The position numbers and the translations under genes were made by a program. A model generated the notes under the pieces. It ran no database searches. It was not told the origin of the DNA and was given only the letters and a program-made list of their open reading frames with translations. Of a DNA stretch of 64,000 nucleotides, positions 10,563-22,900 are shown one piece after another. Position 1 is the stretch's first letter. Every line of letters starts with the position of its first letter. Source of the stretch: Monocercomonoides exilis PA203 (Eukaryota; Protista; Preaxostyla); contig LSRY02000002.1 of the NCBI GenBank assembly GCA_001643675.2, positions 1,426,001 to 1,490,000 of the forward strand, in the 5' to 3' direction.

Positions 10563-13500
10563 ATGAATGATACAAAAGTATTCTTTCAAAATATTGATCC
10601 TTCTCATTCAGATACATTTTTAGTCGAAATTTTTGAGGTTTACACAAAAACTCTTCGATCGTTTTTTCATTATCTTGCGTAATTAATTGTTAAAAATGAT
10701 CTTGAATCATAAAGACATGTGGAACTGTTTTTTCTTGGAAACGTTTTACTGATGTTTTTGGTGTAAAATGGAAGACAAAAGGAACATGCTCGTTCACGGA
10801 TTTAGCATCAGTAGCAAAATCCTTGCTTGTATTTTCAGATTTTTTGCATAATGGAAAAGTTTATTTTGTATGTTACTTTGTTATCTTTTGAGATTATAAG
10901 TTCAAGATGCAAAATTACAGGCACCATTTGCATGGAGCAACAAATTTAATGTCAAAGTTGAAAATACAAATGCTGTGTTAACAAAGATTAATGACAGTTC
11001 AGGATCTGAAGCTCTGGAACCATGTAATGTTTTTCGCTTTTCTCTTGAAGAAATTTCAAATACAAGGAAAATAGTACGTCAAATGCTAACGCAGTTTGAG
11101 ACTTCATCCCTAACTTATATTCGCTTGAAAAGCAAGGAGAAAAAGTTTCTGCGAACAAAGGAAATTAAAAAGGATATCAAAAAGTTCAATGATTTTAATA
11201 GCTTATTTGAAAATCCAGAAGTTGAGAAGTATTATGAAAAGGAATTCTTGAAAGACAGCAAGTCCTTTTCTTATTCCATTAACCGGAAACTGTGTAATTT
11301 ATTGAGCGCATCAAGATTGTTTATGAATTATTGGGATGAACTGGCTAATACTCCATTGGATTATCAAATAACCAATAAATATTTTGTGGGAAGTTATTTT
11401 CGAGCAGCATGCATTCGTGATTCACCAACTTTGTGTTCTTTTTCATGCGTAGCTGTCGAGCATGCTGATAGTGCTTACAGTATGCAGAACAGTGATTGCT
11501 TAGAAAAGTGCGTGCATATCGGAAATGATAGTTTAGCCATTGATGTCAGTAACGTAATGTCTCTACTGTTAACAAAAAGAATTATGAGCACATTGCACAA
11601 TGATACAAGGACTCTGCGTATAGAAGATGCAGCAGACCAAACAGATTTCAAGGGGGAAATGGATGAAGCTTACATCAAACGTGAAAGAAATAGCGAAGCA
11701 GTGAGCAGACAGTCAGATAACGAAAATATGCTTCTTTGTCTTCTTTCTGCACTCGAAGAGGAGGAGGAAAAAGAAGAGCTTGAGAGAATTAAATGGATGG
11801 AAGACAATTATCAGCCGGTGGCAATTTATTTTGCCGGAGAAACAAAATTGGATGAAATTGACATGAATAGCATAGAAAACAGCTGGAAAGATGACTTGGA
11901 CGAAGAGAAAGATGGGTCTGCAATTGAAGATTGGCTTCTTCTTGATGAAGAAGAAGAAGAAGGCGAAGACGAAGACGACGAAGATGATGATAATAGTAAC
12001 GATGACGAAGGCATTGCCCATAAGCCCCGTGATTATTCAAGGAAAATCGAAGAACCAAAGACTAAAGAAAGAAGAAGCACTGAAAAAGTTGTCAAAGAAA
12101 CAAAGCCAGTCCACATCAAAGCTTCAAAGGAGACGTGGGCAATTCGCCGGAGAGAAGACAGCGAATATGAAGATGCACACAAACAGACAGACAGACGGAG
12201 AAGCAAAGAAAGAAGCAGAAGCACATCAAACCCAGCGAAAACGGAAAAATCGTCAAAATCGTCAAAATTGAAAAAAACGGAAAAAACATCAAAATCTGCA
12301 AAAGAACATTCTGATAAAGATGCTTCTCGGAAGAGTGAACATCACCGCCATCACAAAGGCCATCACCACAATTCGTCTCGTGATGGGAAAGAGCATTCAT
12401 CGGAATCAAAGGAAAGAACAGATCATCATCATCATCGCAATCGCCATCATCATAAGAAGCAAAAGCTTCACAGTGAAAGTTCAACAGAGCATTCTTCAAA
12501 AAAGACTCATAAATCTCACAAACATCACAAAAATAAAGATAAATCAAACCAAGGGACAAGAAAAAAGCGCATAAGCGCATCAAGCTCATCAGAATCTTCT
12601 GCATCCTTGTCGCCTTCTCATTCAAAATCATTAACGAAGGCTTCAAAGCAGCATAAGTCAAAATCTTCATCGAAATCTGTGTTTTCTGTGTCATCTGAAC
12701 ACAAAAAATCAGACTCATTTCCATCTCATTCAAAATCTCTCAAAAGGCATTCGCGTTCTCCTTCTTCAAATTCGCAATCCCCACTCAATCAAAAGAAGGA
12801 TAGTTCTGTTTCATTTTCAAGGCCATATCAACCACACAAAGCGAAAGCACCTGCAAGTGTCATTGTTATTGACGAAGATGAAGACGACGAGGATGACAAT
12901 GACATCAATAATAGCATCAACACCCATGATTATGATGATATGAGAAGCAGCAAATCATTTGGCGATTCTTTTCCCCGCTCAAACAGAATCAATCCTCATC
13001 TGATTGATCCTCCAAAGCCGAGGAGCGAAGAGCAGACGTTCTCAGCAAAGTATTCGAAGCCTGCTTCAAGTAATTCTTCGAGCTTTCTGAAGAGCCGAGC
13101 ATCTGCAGACAGAGCAGGATCAGAGGAAAGGCGCAGCGAATGGATGGGAGGGTCGCTTATATCGTTCTCAGGCAAGCCGCCTCCTTCATTCACGAAAAGA
13201 GACGGGAAATACAATTCGAATCCACAAACAAGCCAGCCTCAAAAAAGAAAAAGGTATCAGCCATCAATGAAAAGCACTGAAGATGAGGCATGGCATATAT
13301 ATCCACCACAACCTCCACCGCAACCTGCACATCAGTCTTTGCCTAAAAGTATTTTGTCTTCAAAGACTCCTTGGTTTTCGGATTCATCTAATTCAACAGA
13401 TCCTTCTTCGTCATTGTCTTCATCATCCTCTTTATCAAACTCAACGTCTTCTTCTCTTTATTCTTCTTTGTTATCATCATCATCCTCACCGACATCTTCA

Positions 13501-14238
13501 TCAGCGTCTTCATCGTTGACTTCTTCTTCTTCGTCGTCGTTATCTCCGTCATTATCCCCATCTTCTCGTCGTCATTCTCCCATTCGTAATAGCTTGATGC
13601 CAACTCAATCTCAATCCCAATCTCAGTCTCAGTCTCAGTCTCAGTCTCAGTCTCAGTCTCAGTCTCAGTCTCAGTCTCAGTCTCAGTCTCAACCTCAATC
13701 TCAATCTCAACCTCAACCTCAGTCTCAATCCTCACGTCCTCCAATCTTCAAGTCCGTTCCAAAGAGACCTCAGGTTATGTCTTCCTCTTCACATTCATTC
13801 CCAACTCCTCGTCCAAAGTCCAATCAGCCTTCATCGGCCAGCTCTCCTACGCCTCGGCCTTCACAGCCGTTCAGGCCTGAGCCTGCTGCTCCTTCAAGAA
13901 CACAGCCTTTCAAAAAGCCTCCACAAAAAGTCTTGCCGCATCGCCCGCAGTTTCCTCCTCCATTTGCATCTGATCACTTTCAAGTGCCGTTGCAAGCACC
14001 GCCAAGTTATCAAGCATATCCAGCTACTTTCACTCCAATTGTTCCGATGGTGCCATTTGTTCCGTATTCTCCAGCTGCAATGCCTTCTTCTTTTGCATCT
14101 GCCTCTGCTCCTCCAATGAATCCTGCCCAACCTTATCAATATGCTCAATCATCGTCGTCCCCTTCGAGCTTTGGAATGCAACCAACAGATGCTTCGTATT
14201 TATTGCAGAATCGATCTCAGGAGAATGGCATCGTTTGA
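10563..14238 (+). CDS. Hypothetical protein: globular N-terminal part followed by acidic, His/Lys/Ser-rich, (SQ)n and Pro-rich low-complexity tracts; 5' exons tentative
   Basis: 1087-aa open frame 10975-14238; upstream in-phase exons can be joined via GT-AG introns (about 10638-10715 and 10868-10920). Confidence 0.65.
13606..13728 (+). repeat. (TCTCAG)n coding hexanucleotide repeat encoding Ser-Gln
   Basis: Directly visible tandem TCTCAG/TCTCAA/CCTCAA units. Confidence 0.95.
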
Positions 14239-15029
14239 GGGTGTACGAGAGAAAATGGATATTTATTATATTTGTTTATAACATCGCTAGGCAATCTTTT
14301 TTATTCAGGTGTGTCAAAGCATATCAAATTTCCGAGATGTAGCTATAAGCACAACATATTTGTCAAGGAGGTGATGATAATGTTACAAACAGTTGCTGCT
14401 CAAAATAAGGTGCAAAGAGAATAGTGTGTGAAATGTTTTCAAAATCTTTTTTCATTTTAACTAAATATAATTGAAATAATTTTTTTTTCCAAACTGTTTT
14501 GTAGATAAATGATTGAACGGAGTCTGTATCATGTTGATATGTTTTTAGAAAACTGCGCAATGAGAAAGAATAAAATCAAGAAAAGCAAATTGATTTATTC
14601 CTCAAAATGTTATTGAAGAGTTGAATTTGCTGAAAAAAAATTCAGCATAACGAAATATGACAGGGCTGTCTGCGAAAATTGCAATTTGTGTTCGCAAGGA
14701 TCCCTCTATTGCAACTATTAATAAACCAACAAATTTGAAAGAATTTGATATTTAATCTCTTAATGGATCAGAGAAAGAAATAATTTTTTTATTAATTTTT
14801 TGAAACTGATCATTCTCTATCAATTTATTGATTTTACAGTAGATTACTTGGGAACGTCTACTTGTTTTATGAATTTGTCGTTTTTGACAATTTCATAATT
14901 AGTTTTTCTATCCATTCATGTAGAGTATGCTTGTACTTCATTATCTTTTCTTTCTCTCATCAAATATTATCTTAAATACTTTTTAGTTATAGCACAATCG
15001 TTCCGATATTTCACTTCATAAAAATTGAT

Positions 15030-15130
15030 CATGCCGGTTAAGTGTTGTTCGAGGCAACGCCGAGAATGGCTCGGTGACCCTCAATTCTTTTGGTTCCTAG
15101 GAATTATTGTTGAGCAAAGTGTGAGTAGGT
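15030..15130. ncRNA. Candidate structured non-coding RNA (unassigned)
   Basis: GC-elevated patch in AT-rich DNA. GGTTA/TGACC closes two hairpins (GTGTTGT-tcgag-GCAACGC and CCGAG-aatgg-CTCGG), followed by a CTCAA...TTGAG hairpin. Confidence 0.25.
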
Positions 15131-16019
15131 GGTGGTGAAATGAAATGTGTGAAAAAATTGTTTTAAAAAATGAAAAACTCACTTCAATCATTGTTCAAAA
15201 GGAAATTGAAAAAAAAAATTCATTATCAATCACATCACGCAAACTGCAAAATGCAGTTTAAAAGAAGAAAAATTAAATCTCTTTGAAGATGAAAAATATT
15301 TAATTTTTAATTCTATAAACATGTATTTTTAACAAAAACTGTTATCAAAAGATAGAAGACACAACTTCCAATTTGAATTAGGTTTTAATCCGAGAAAAAA
15401 TGTACATTTATAATAAGTATTTTTATTTCTAAGAAAGAAAAGCAAAAGAGAGATTCAAATAAATAAACAGAAAATGAATGACAAACACAATTTGAAAATG
15501 AAATAGTTGATTTCTTGAAAACTGAATTGTTCAGGAAAATTTTTGTTTATATCATTCAAATTAGAAATTAACCAAAAAAATATTCGAAATTCATTGTTGA
15601 AAGACATTTTTTTAAATTTGAATTATTTAGCTTCCACATGAGTTGGGGGGAAATGAATTTCAACTCAGTCAGCGAAAATCAGTCACTCCGATGATGACGA
15701 ATTCAAACTTCTGATAATTTGACCCATATTTATCATTTTTGTTTCAAAATTTTTTCTTTCATAAATTGATTGATATGGATGCTTCTTTTTGAAATCACAC
15801 TTTCGTTCGAGATTTGATAAAAATATTTACTCAATTGAGAAATAATAAACATTATTTACCTCTTTGTTCATATTAAATTGAAGAAATCACAAATGATTTC
15901 AACTTTGTTTTTCTCAGCATCAAACTGATCTGGTGAAGAAGAAATAGAAATACGTTTGAACGAGTTCTTAGGAGTTCATACCTTTTCTTTGATATTCAAG
16001 ATTTATGAAGATTGAGAAG

Positions 16020-17070
16020 TGGAAATACAAAATGTGGAATGAAGGAGCGAACTGAATGTGCAATTTTTGGGGGAGCAACATTTTCAATTTCTCATCATTT
16101 CTTTTATTAATACTATAAAGATGTTCTTCGGGTGGGAATTATGTGTCACATGACAAAGTCTGCGGATATTGAAAATAATGCGTTCAACTCATGTTCGAAG
16201 CAAAATTTTCATGGAGGAGGAATATATGCTGTAACGATATTAACATGTGTTCGGATCAGCGGATGTAAATTCCAGAATTGCAAAGCAAATAGCTATGAAG
16301 GGGAACTTCTTCTTGAAAATTTTCAGGTTTCAGGAACAGGATGCGTTGGAACAGAAAATGGAGGAGTGGAAAATGTTCGTGTGTTTGACTGCGGTTTCAC
16401 TTCATGTTAGGTTACAAATACTGGAGGTGGAGGCATGCATTGTAGAACTGTTCCTGCCACGCAATTCAAAATGAGGAGCCTCTTGTTCATTTCATACAAC
16501 ACTACATCAATTGGAAGAGGTTTATATTTTTATCCAAACCAACAAACAGCCTCAAGCAATAGCATTTATTGTTATTTCATCTTCTTCCACAATTGCAGAC
16601 GCACCGATTCCACTCCATATGGACACGATGTGCATTTTAAAGATTATTACAATCTTTTTTTAGTCGAATAATCCATTCCATGAATCGTATTCAACAAATA
16701 GTGATAATAGGAGACTGTGCAACGAATATAATTTATCGAGCTCCAGGAGTTGGGCATTTCAGCACACCGAAAAACGGTAGTTGCTAAAAAAGGAACTCCC
16801 AATCGATTTGTGGATGTGACTGGAGGTGGCGAAGATAAGTTATGTGAATTGGATGAGTCAAGTGCATGCAGAACCATTGGTGTTGCTTTCATTCGGAGCG
16901 CGTTCTAGCGGAGCTTTGCAGTCTCGCTGATGAAAGGGAATTATAGATGCAAGATAAATGTAATTGACATTTGATAAAAATAGATTTCTGTTATGTTGAG
17001 AAAAAGGAGAGTAGTTTGATTGATATAAGAGTGGTTTCTTCTTCTCAGGGAGCTATATTCCAGGAGACAA
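16020..17070 (+). pseudogene. Degraded fragment of the beta-helix membrane-protein family
   Basis: Fragmented frames carry GGGIYA, ISGCKFQNCKA, FDCGFTSC, PYGHDVHF and PNRFVDVTGG..LCELDESSACRTIGVA, which parallels SRFVAS..CGLNESYACLTISH in the 19984 gene; several stops and frameshifts. Confidence 0.7.
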
Positions 17071-17499
17071 GTTGCTGCCCATGCACAACGTACATACAAT
17101 AATCCATTACTTGATGGGGATCGAATATCAAGTGCGATCGAGATATCTGAAACAACTACAACACTTTCCTTTTTGTATTTTTTGAAAGATTAAGTTGCAG
17201 GTCATGAATATGAATTTCAATCGTATGGACCGCACAGAACTTCAGTGTAAGGTGATTTATACAGATGGAATATCCATTTGCTTTGCGGATGGAGTTTTTT
17301 CGAAGGATATCACTACAGTTATTTTGATTTTAGAAAAATATTTTGCTTTGAAAGATGGCTGTTGCAATAATACAATTTATAATAAAAGCGCAAATAAATA
17401 GAGTTCGTAGAATCAACGGAGAAAGGCTAGGAAGATCAATAGCTTGAATGATATTCATTGACCTATTTAATGATATGATAACAATACAATGAAAGACGC

Positions 17500-18780
17500 T
17501 TGAACATTACTAAAAATGAAAACAATCATAAAAATCATTGCAAATTAAAAGAATTTGAATGCAAATTTCAGAATACATCATATATTCGAATATCTTGTTG
17601 GAGAATGAAAGTTTTATGCAAAATAAACATACAAACTTAATATGGATTTGTAAGTTTATGAAAACAGCAGCATCATTCGCTTCAGGATCGTCTTTTAAAA
17701 AACGTTGCATCAGCAAGGAATTTATGAATTGTCTCTTTTTCTATGCTTGAAAAATATAAAAATGAAAAATTCACTGATCGAATGCGATCGACAAATAACA
17801 CATTTCTGAAACAAACAAAAAACTGTTGAGTCGTGTTGTTTTATTACAATTTGTGATAACTTGCCATTTATTTTGAAGTGCACAAGCTGAATGAACGATT
17901 CAATAACATTCCATCTGGATAAAAACAATGCACATTTGAATTTGAGTGCTTTCCGCATTTTGCATGCAACAAAGACGAGAATGCTCAGAAACTATCTACC
18001 AGTACCGGATGAGAAAATAATACTTCTATTTATTCAATTAAAAGAAAGACACGATTTAAGTTTATTCTTTTTGATTAAAATTTCTCAAAAAGAAAAAAAT
18101 GAATAATTCGATGGCGTAACATGTGAATACATGGTCACATTCTTGGTGAAGCATTTTTTGAAATTACCTTGAATCTTTCATATCTTATTGTCATCTCATT
18201 CGTGTGCTCTTATATTTGCAAAATGTCTTGTTCTTCCATTACAAATATGAATTGCTGTCAAAGATAACTTTTTTCTTCGTTATTTCAAAGCGTTTTAGGA
18301 GAGTTTATAAGAATAAATAATATTTGGCAAATGATATTCATCTATTCGTCAAGAGGATCATCTGTGATTTCTAAGTCTTCTTTATTCGTAAGTTTTTTCC
18401 CAATTACATTTCTGTCAATGCCAGAATTAATGTTAGTCTTGCATTTAGTACATTCATTTAACGATTGGAAAAACGAACGAATCAAAAATCCGTATGCATC
18501 ATTCGAAAAGACATTCACATTTGCAGCATCAAACAATGGGCTCTGATTATTCTGTTTCAAGCCTTTAAACGTTTGATTTATGAGATTTCTTGGATGGATA
18601 ATCATATGACTACCTAATTGAAAATTGAAGTTTATTGGCTTTTCTTATGTTGAACAAGAGAACGCTGTTTCTTCCAAAGTCGTTAAATTCATAATTGATT
18701 ATTATTATATTCATTCTCATTTGCGAAGCGAAATGACAAAAATATTTCTTTTTGATATTGTCAGTTTAGGCATGCTTGAA
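17500..18780 (-). pseudogene. Decayed coding relic of unknown origin (possibly a transposase remnant)
   Basis: Several short protein-like minus-strand frames broken by stops, including YGFLIRSFFQSLNECTKCK. Confidence 0.25.
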
Positions 18781-19983
18781 AAGAGATTATGAACGGAGAC
18801 TCCACAGGAGCAGAAAAAAAGATGTATACCATCCTCTTTATTACAAAGAAAAGAAAAATACCTTTATATTTTGCTGCAAATTAAAAAAAAAATAACTACA
18901 ACTGATAAGGAAGAAATTGCCACAAAATCTTGGGGATAAAAATGAAGAATTCGCTCTTTTGATTAACGTCCGTGTTTTCTCAAAGTGCACTCTTACAAAC
19001 GAGATAAAATGAAAAAATTTAAGAAGAAGAAGAAGAAGAAGAAGAAGAAATTGCATGACCATTTATATAGATAGGAACTTAACCTCTTACTTTAATTGAA
19101 TTAGGGATATGTGAAAATAAGAATAAAAACGATTAATCAAAAGTTAACAAAGGAAGAATTGAAGATTCATTTGAAGAACAGATTTTTGAAACATAAATGC
19201 TTTGCATAGCGGATAAAGCTAAATCCAAAGAAAGAATTGATTTGAAGATGACGTCAATGAAAGACAAGAGAAGCGATGAAAAAATAAGAAGAAAAGACGA
19301 AGCATTTATTTATTGAAGAACACCATATATAATGAAGTTTATTGACTTTTCGTTAGCATCTGTTTGAAAAAAGGCACTGTGTTAAAATGCAGCAATAACC
19401 AAAGTGGAAAGAAGTAACCAGAATTTGTTCAGAAGAATTGGTCTTGGTAAGGAGCAAAGACGAGAAAATGAAGTTTTGGATGAAAAATGCATGAAACTTA
19501 TTTTTGAAAAGGATTCTGTGAAAATAAGTGTAATGGTAGCTTTGAATGAAGTGGTAAGTGCAAGTTACAAGGGTGGAGACGAAGCCAAAGGAGAGAGTAA
19601 GATACAAATGAGGAGAAAAAACAGGAACTGAGTTAGAAAAAACGAGAGGGAAGCAAAATGACTGATGGTTGGATAATTTTGAAAGAAAAGAGGAATTTAT
19701 TTCAAATGCTTAGAAAATCATGAAAAAATGAAACAATATTTGAATTTGATGATTTGGAGAACATATTTTCAAATGATTGTTTTTTTTTTTTGAAAGCAAC
19801 AAGATAATTGAAGAAAGGAAAGAAACACATAAAGCACCAAATGTGGCCAATATCAAAAACATGCAATAATTATGTGAATTGATAGAAAATACAAATAAAG
19901 AAAAAAAACCGTTCAATCAAGCAATGCAAACATATTATTATGGAAGTTTTCCCATTATAGTAAAAGAAGAAAATTGTTCCATC

Positions 19984-22900
19984 ATGTTTGGTGTTTTCTT
20001 GATGGCAATAATTTTCGGTTGCAAATTCGATTCTGCATTTTTGTTTGTATTCAAAAATGAGCAAGTTTTGGTGTTATGTGAAAGCTCAGGCTGTTACTCA
20101 AGGAGCACTTTGGAAATGAAGTGTGGGTTGACAAATTCTTCAGGTGTATTTTATGAAACACAGATTATCAGGCGAAGCAATTGTCGTGCGTTTTTTGTTG
20201 GGGAAGAATCGATGCTGGAAATCATAGAAAGCGAAATTGTTGAGAAAAGTGGAAATGGAAGCAGTTTTGTCAGGAACTGTGGGATTTGTACAATGTGGAA
20301 TTGTTCGGTGAAATTCAACTTTGGTGGGGTATTTAGAAAAAGTGCTGTAGAGATGGGAAAGAGTGATTCACGGTTGGTTGTGGAGAAATGCAATTGGAGG
20401 AATGTTGTGTTTTGTGGGAGTGGAAGCATTTTGAGAAATGGAAAAGGGTCATTTGAAGGAATCAAAAACTGTGCCTTTTCAAATATCACAATGAAAATCA
20501 TGGAAACAGACAAGATTTCTATTGATCAAATGTCAATGATGAAAATGAGCTTGATAGAAGATTGCCAAGTTGAAAGTTCGATGAATGTTTTTGAGGGAGG
20601 GATTGTGAGTGGAACAGAAGGAACTAATTCATTTTTGTGCAACAATTGTTCATTTCTTCACAACGAAAGGGTGAATAGAAAAGTGGAAAATACAAAAAGA
20701 AATTCAACAACTCAAACACAGAACTTCACGAACGCTGAATGGAATGGATGCTCCGCAGAGTGTGGTGGAGCACTCTATGTCCATGACAATCCGAGTGCAA
20801 CATTGACAGTTGAAAATTCGTCATTTGTGAAGTGCAATGCGACATCTGCAAGAGGCGGAGGGATATTTGCTTTGAAAATTGCTGAATGCACAGTGAAGCA
20901 CTCTACATTTGTTGAGTGTTATTGCGTTGCTTCAACTGACTCTGGTGGTGCAGGAATTGAAATTGATGGAATTTCTGTGCAGTTAATTGTTGAAGATTGT
21001 TTTTTAAAAGATGGATGGTCTGGAAATGACGGTGGCGGACTTGGGGTGTGGGAAACATATGTGACAAATACAAATGACTGCATTTTGGACTGCACATTTA
21101 ATAATTGCAGTGGTCACAATTCAACAAATTCAAATGGGGGAGGAATAATGAACTGGACACCATACAGCAAAATTGTCACAAAGAATTGCCTATTCATTGG
21201 TTGCAAAACAGAATGTAAAGGATGTGGAATAAGCTTGAAAGTGAGCAGCTATGGAGGGAAATTGGTATGGTTTTGTTTTTTTCACAATAACACATCACCG
21301 CGTGGAAATGATGTGTATGTCGACGATAACAAATCAAGCACACAACTAATTATATGCTTTTCAACGCGAACAGAAGGGGTGAGATACTATGCAAATGGGA
21401 CGGATAAAAGTGACTGGCTTCCCAATGAAGGAGGAAGAAGCAGATTTGTTGCTTCAAAGGAGAATCAAGCAAATGCAAAAGATACATTCAGTTGCGGACT
21501 GAATGAGAGTTATGCCTGTCTGACAATCAGCCATTGTCTTTCCCAATTGATCGTGGGGTTTGTGGAGGAAATCAAGGTGTTGAATGGAACAATTGTGGAA
21601 GGAAAAGGAGTTGACATTGGAGAGAAAACGATCTCTTTGAGTGGAGTTTCTCCGTCTGGCTCTGCCATTGAAACAAAGTTTGAGGTAAATGGGCTCAGTC
21701 TGTTTTGCATTGGAACAGGGGTATTGACTGTGAGTGATCTGTCAGTTGTTCACAACACCTCATATAAAAACAACAGGCGATGCAGACTGTTAGAGGTTGA
21801 GGGAAGTGGATTGATGGATGTGAAGAGAATGAACATATCGATGGATTCAGCTCATTCAGAAGAGAGGAGCATTCAAAACACACTTGTGAAACTGGACGGG
21901 GGAGAGTTGAAGATGGAAGATGTGAGATGGGGCCGAACATTCAGCACCACGAGTGTTATATCACTTTCCCAGGAATCATTTGTAACATTGTCTCTGGATA
22001 AATGTGATTTCAGCAATATTGTGAGAACAACAACAGGATCATCTCTGATAAATGTGGGTGAAGTGTCATGTTCGATAACTCTTGAGAGATGCACGATTAA
22101 TGGTTGTGGAAGCGAAGCCTCTGAGTTTGGAGGAGGGGTGATGATTGAAGTGGGAAGTGGTGCTTTATTGAATATGATAGGAGGCCTTGTGAAGAACTGT
22201 TATGCCTCGACCATCCAAGGGAGAGGAGGAGGGATTGGGCTGAAAGTGAGAAACACAAATGCAGATTTTCTGATTTCATCAGCATTCAATGGAAACAGGG
22301 CCAAATGGGGAAGTGATATTTTCGTTGACTCGTTCGATCTGGAATCAACCGCAATAAGTGGATATATCACTTCATTGACTGCTTCGTTTGATACAAAGAG
22401 CAAGATGCAAGGATTCAACAATGGAGATGAATCAGCTCCAATTCCGCTATGTGTTTATCTGATTCCTTTGCCAGAAGAGATTGTTGTGAGCAATGTTGAT
22501 GCTTCTGACAATTCTTATTGTGGATACGCTGAGATTCCGTGCCTGACTCTGAAGCATTGCTTGACAAGGCAAGAAGAAGAAAAGAAAATTGTTATCGATG
22601 GGATGACGGAAGTGAACAGTGAGCTGATGTTTGACTCCTTGAAGCACACAATCCGAGGGAAAGATGGAAACAGTGGATGGAAGGTTATTGATGATTCTGA
22701 TGGAAGTGAAGGAAGTATGACAACAATAAGTGCAGATACTGTTTTGAAATCACTTGTTTTCTCTGTTCCATCTGCTCTTCCAAATCACGAATCGTTCTTC
22801 AGTTCCACTTCACAATTATTTTCGCTTGAAGATTGCTCACTGACTTTTCAAGATTCCCAATCAGCGTTGTCTTTTGTGTTTTTGTCCGTGTCAGCAGGTG

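Noticed and set aside
15020-15075. U2 snRNA, tRNA or twister ribozyme identity for the GC-rich patch
   Set aside because: Short matches (UUCUCGGC..GAUCAA, GTTCGA, AUGCCGGU) exist, but the GUAGUA branch-pairing motif, a cloverleaf and the twister core are absent
15630-15720. Box C/D-like motifs (GATGATGA..CTGA) and a small hairpin
   Set aside because: Boxes are only ~13 nt apart with no terminal stem; expected by chance
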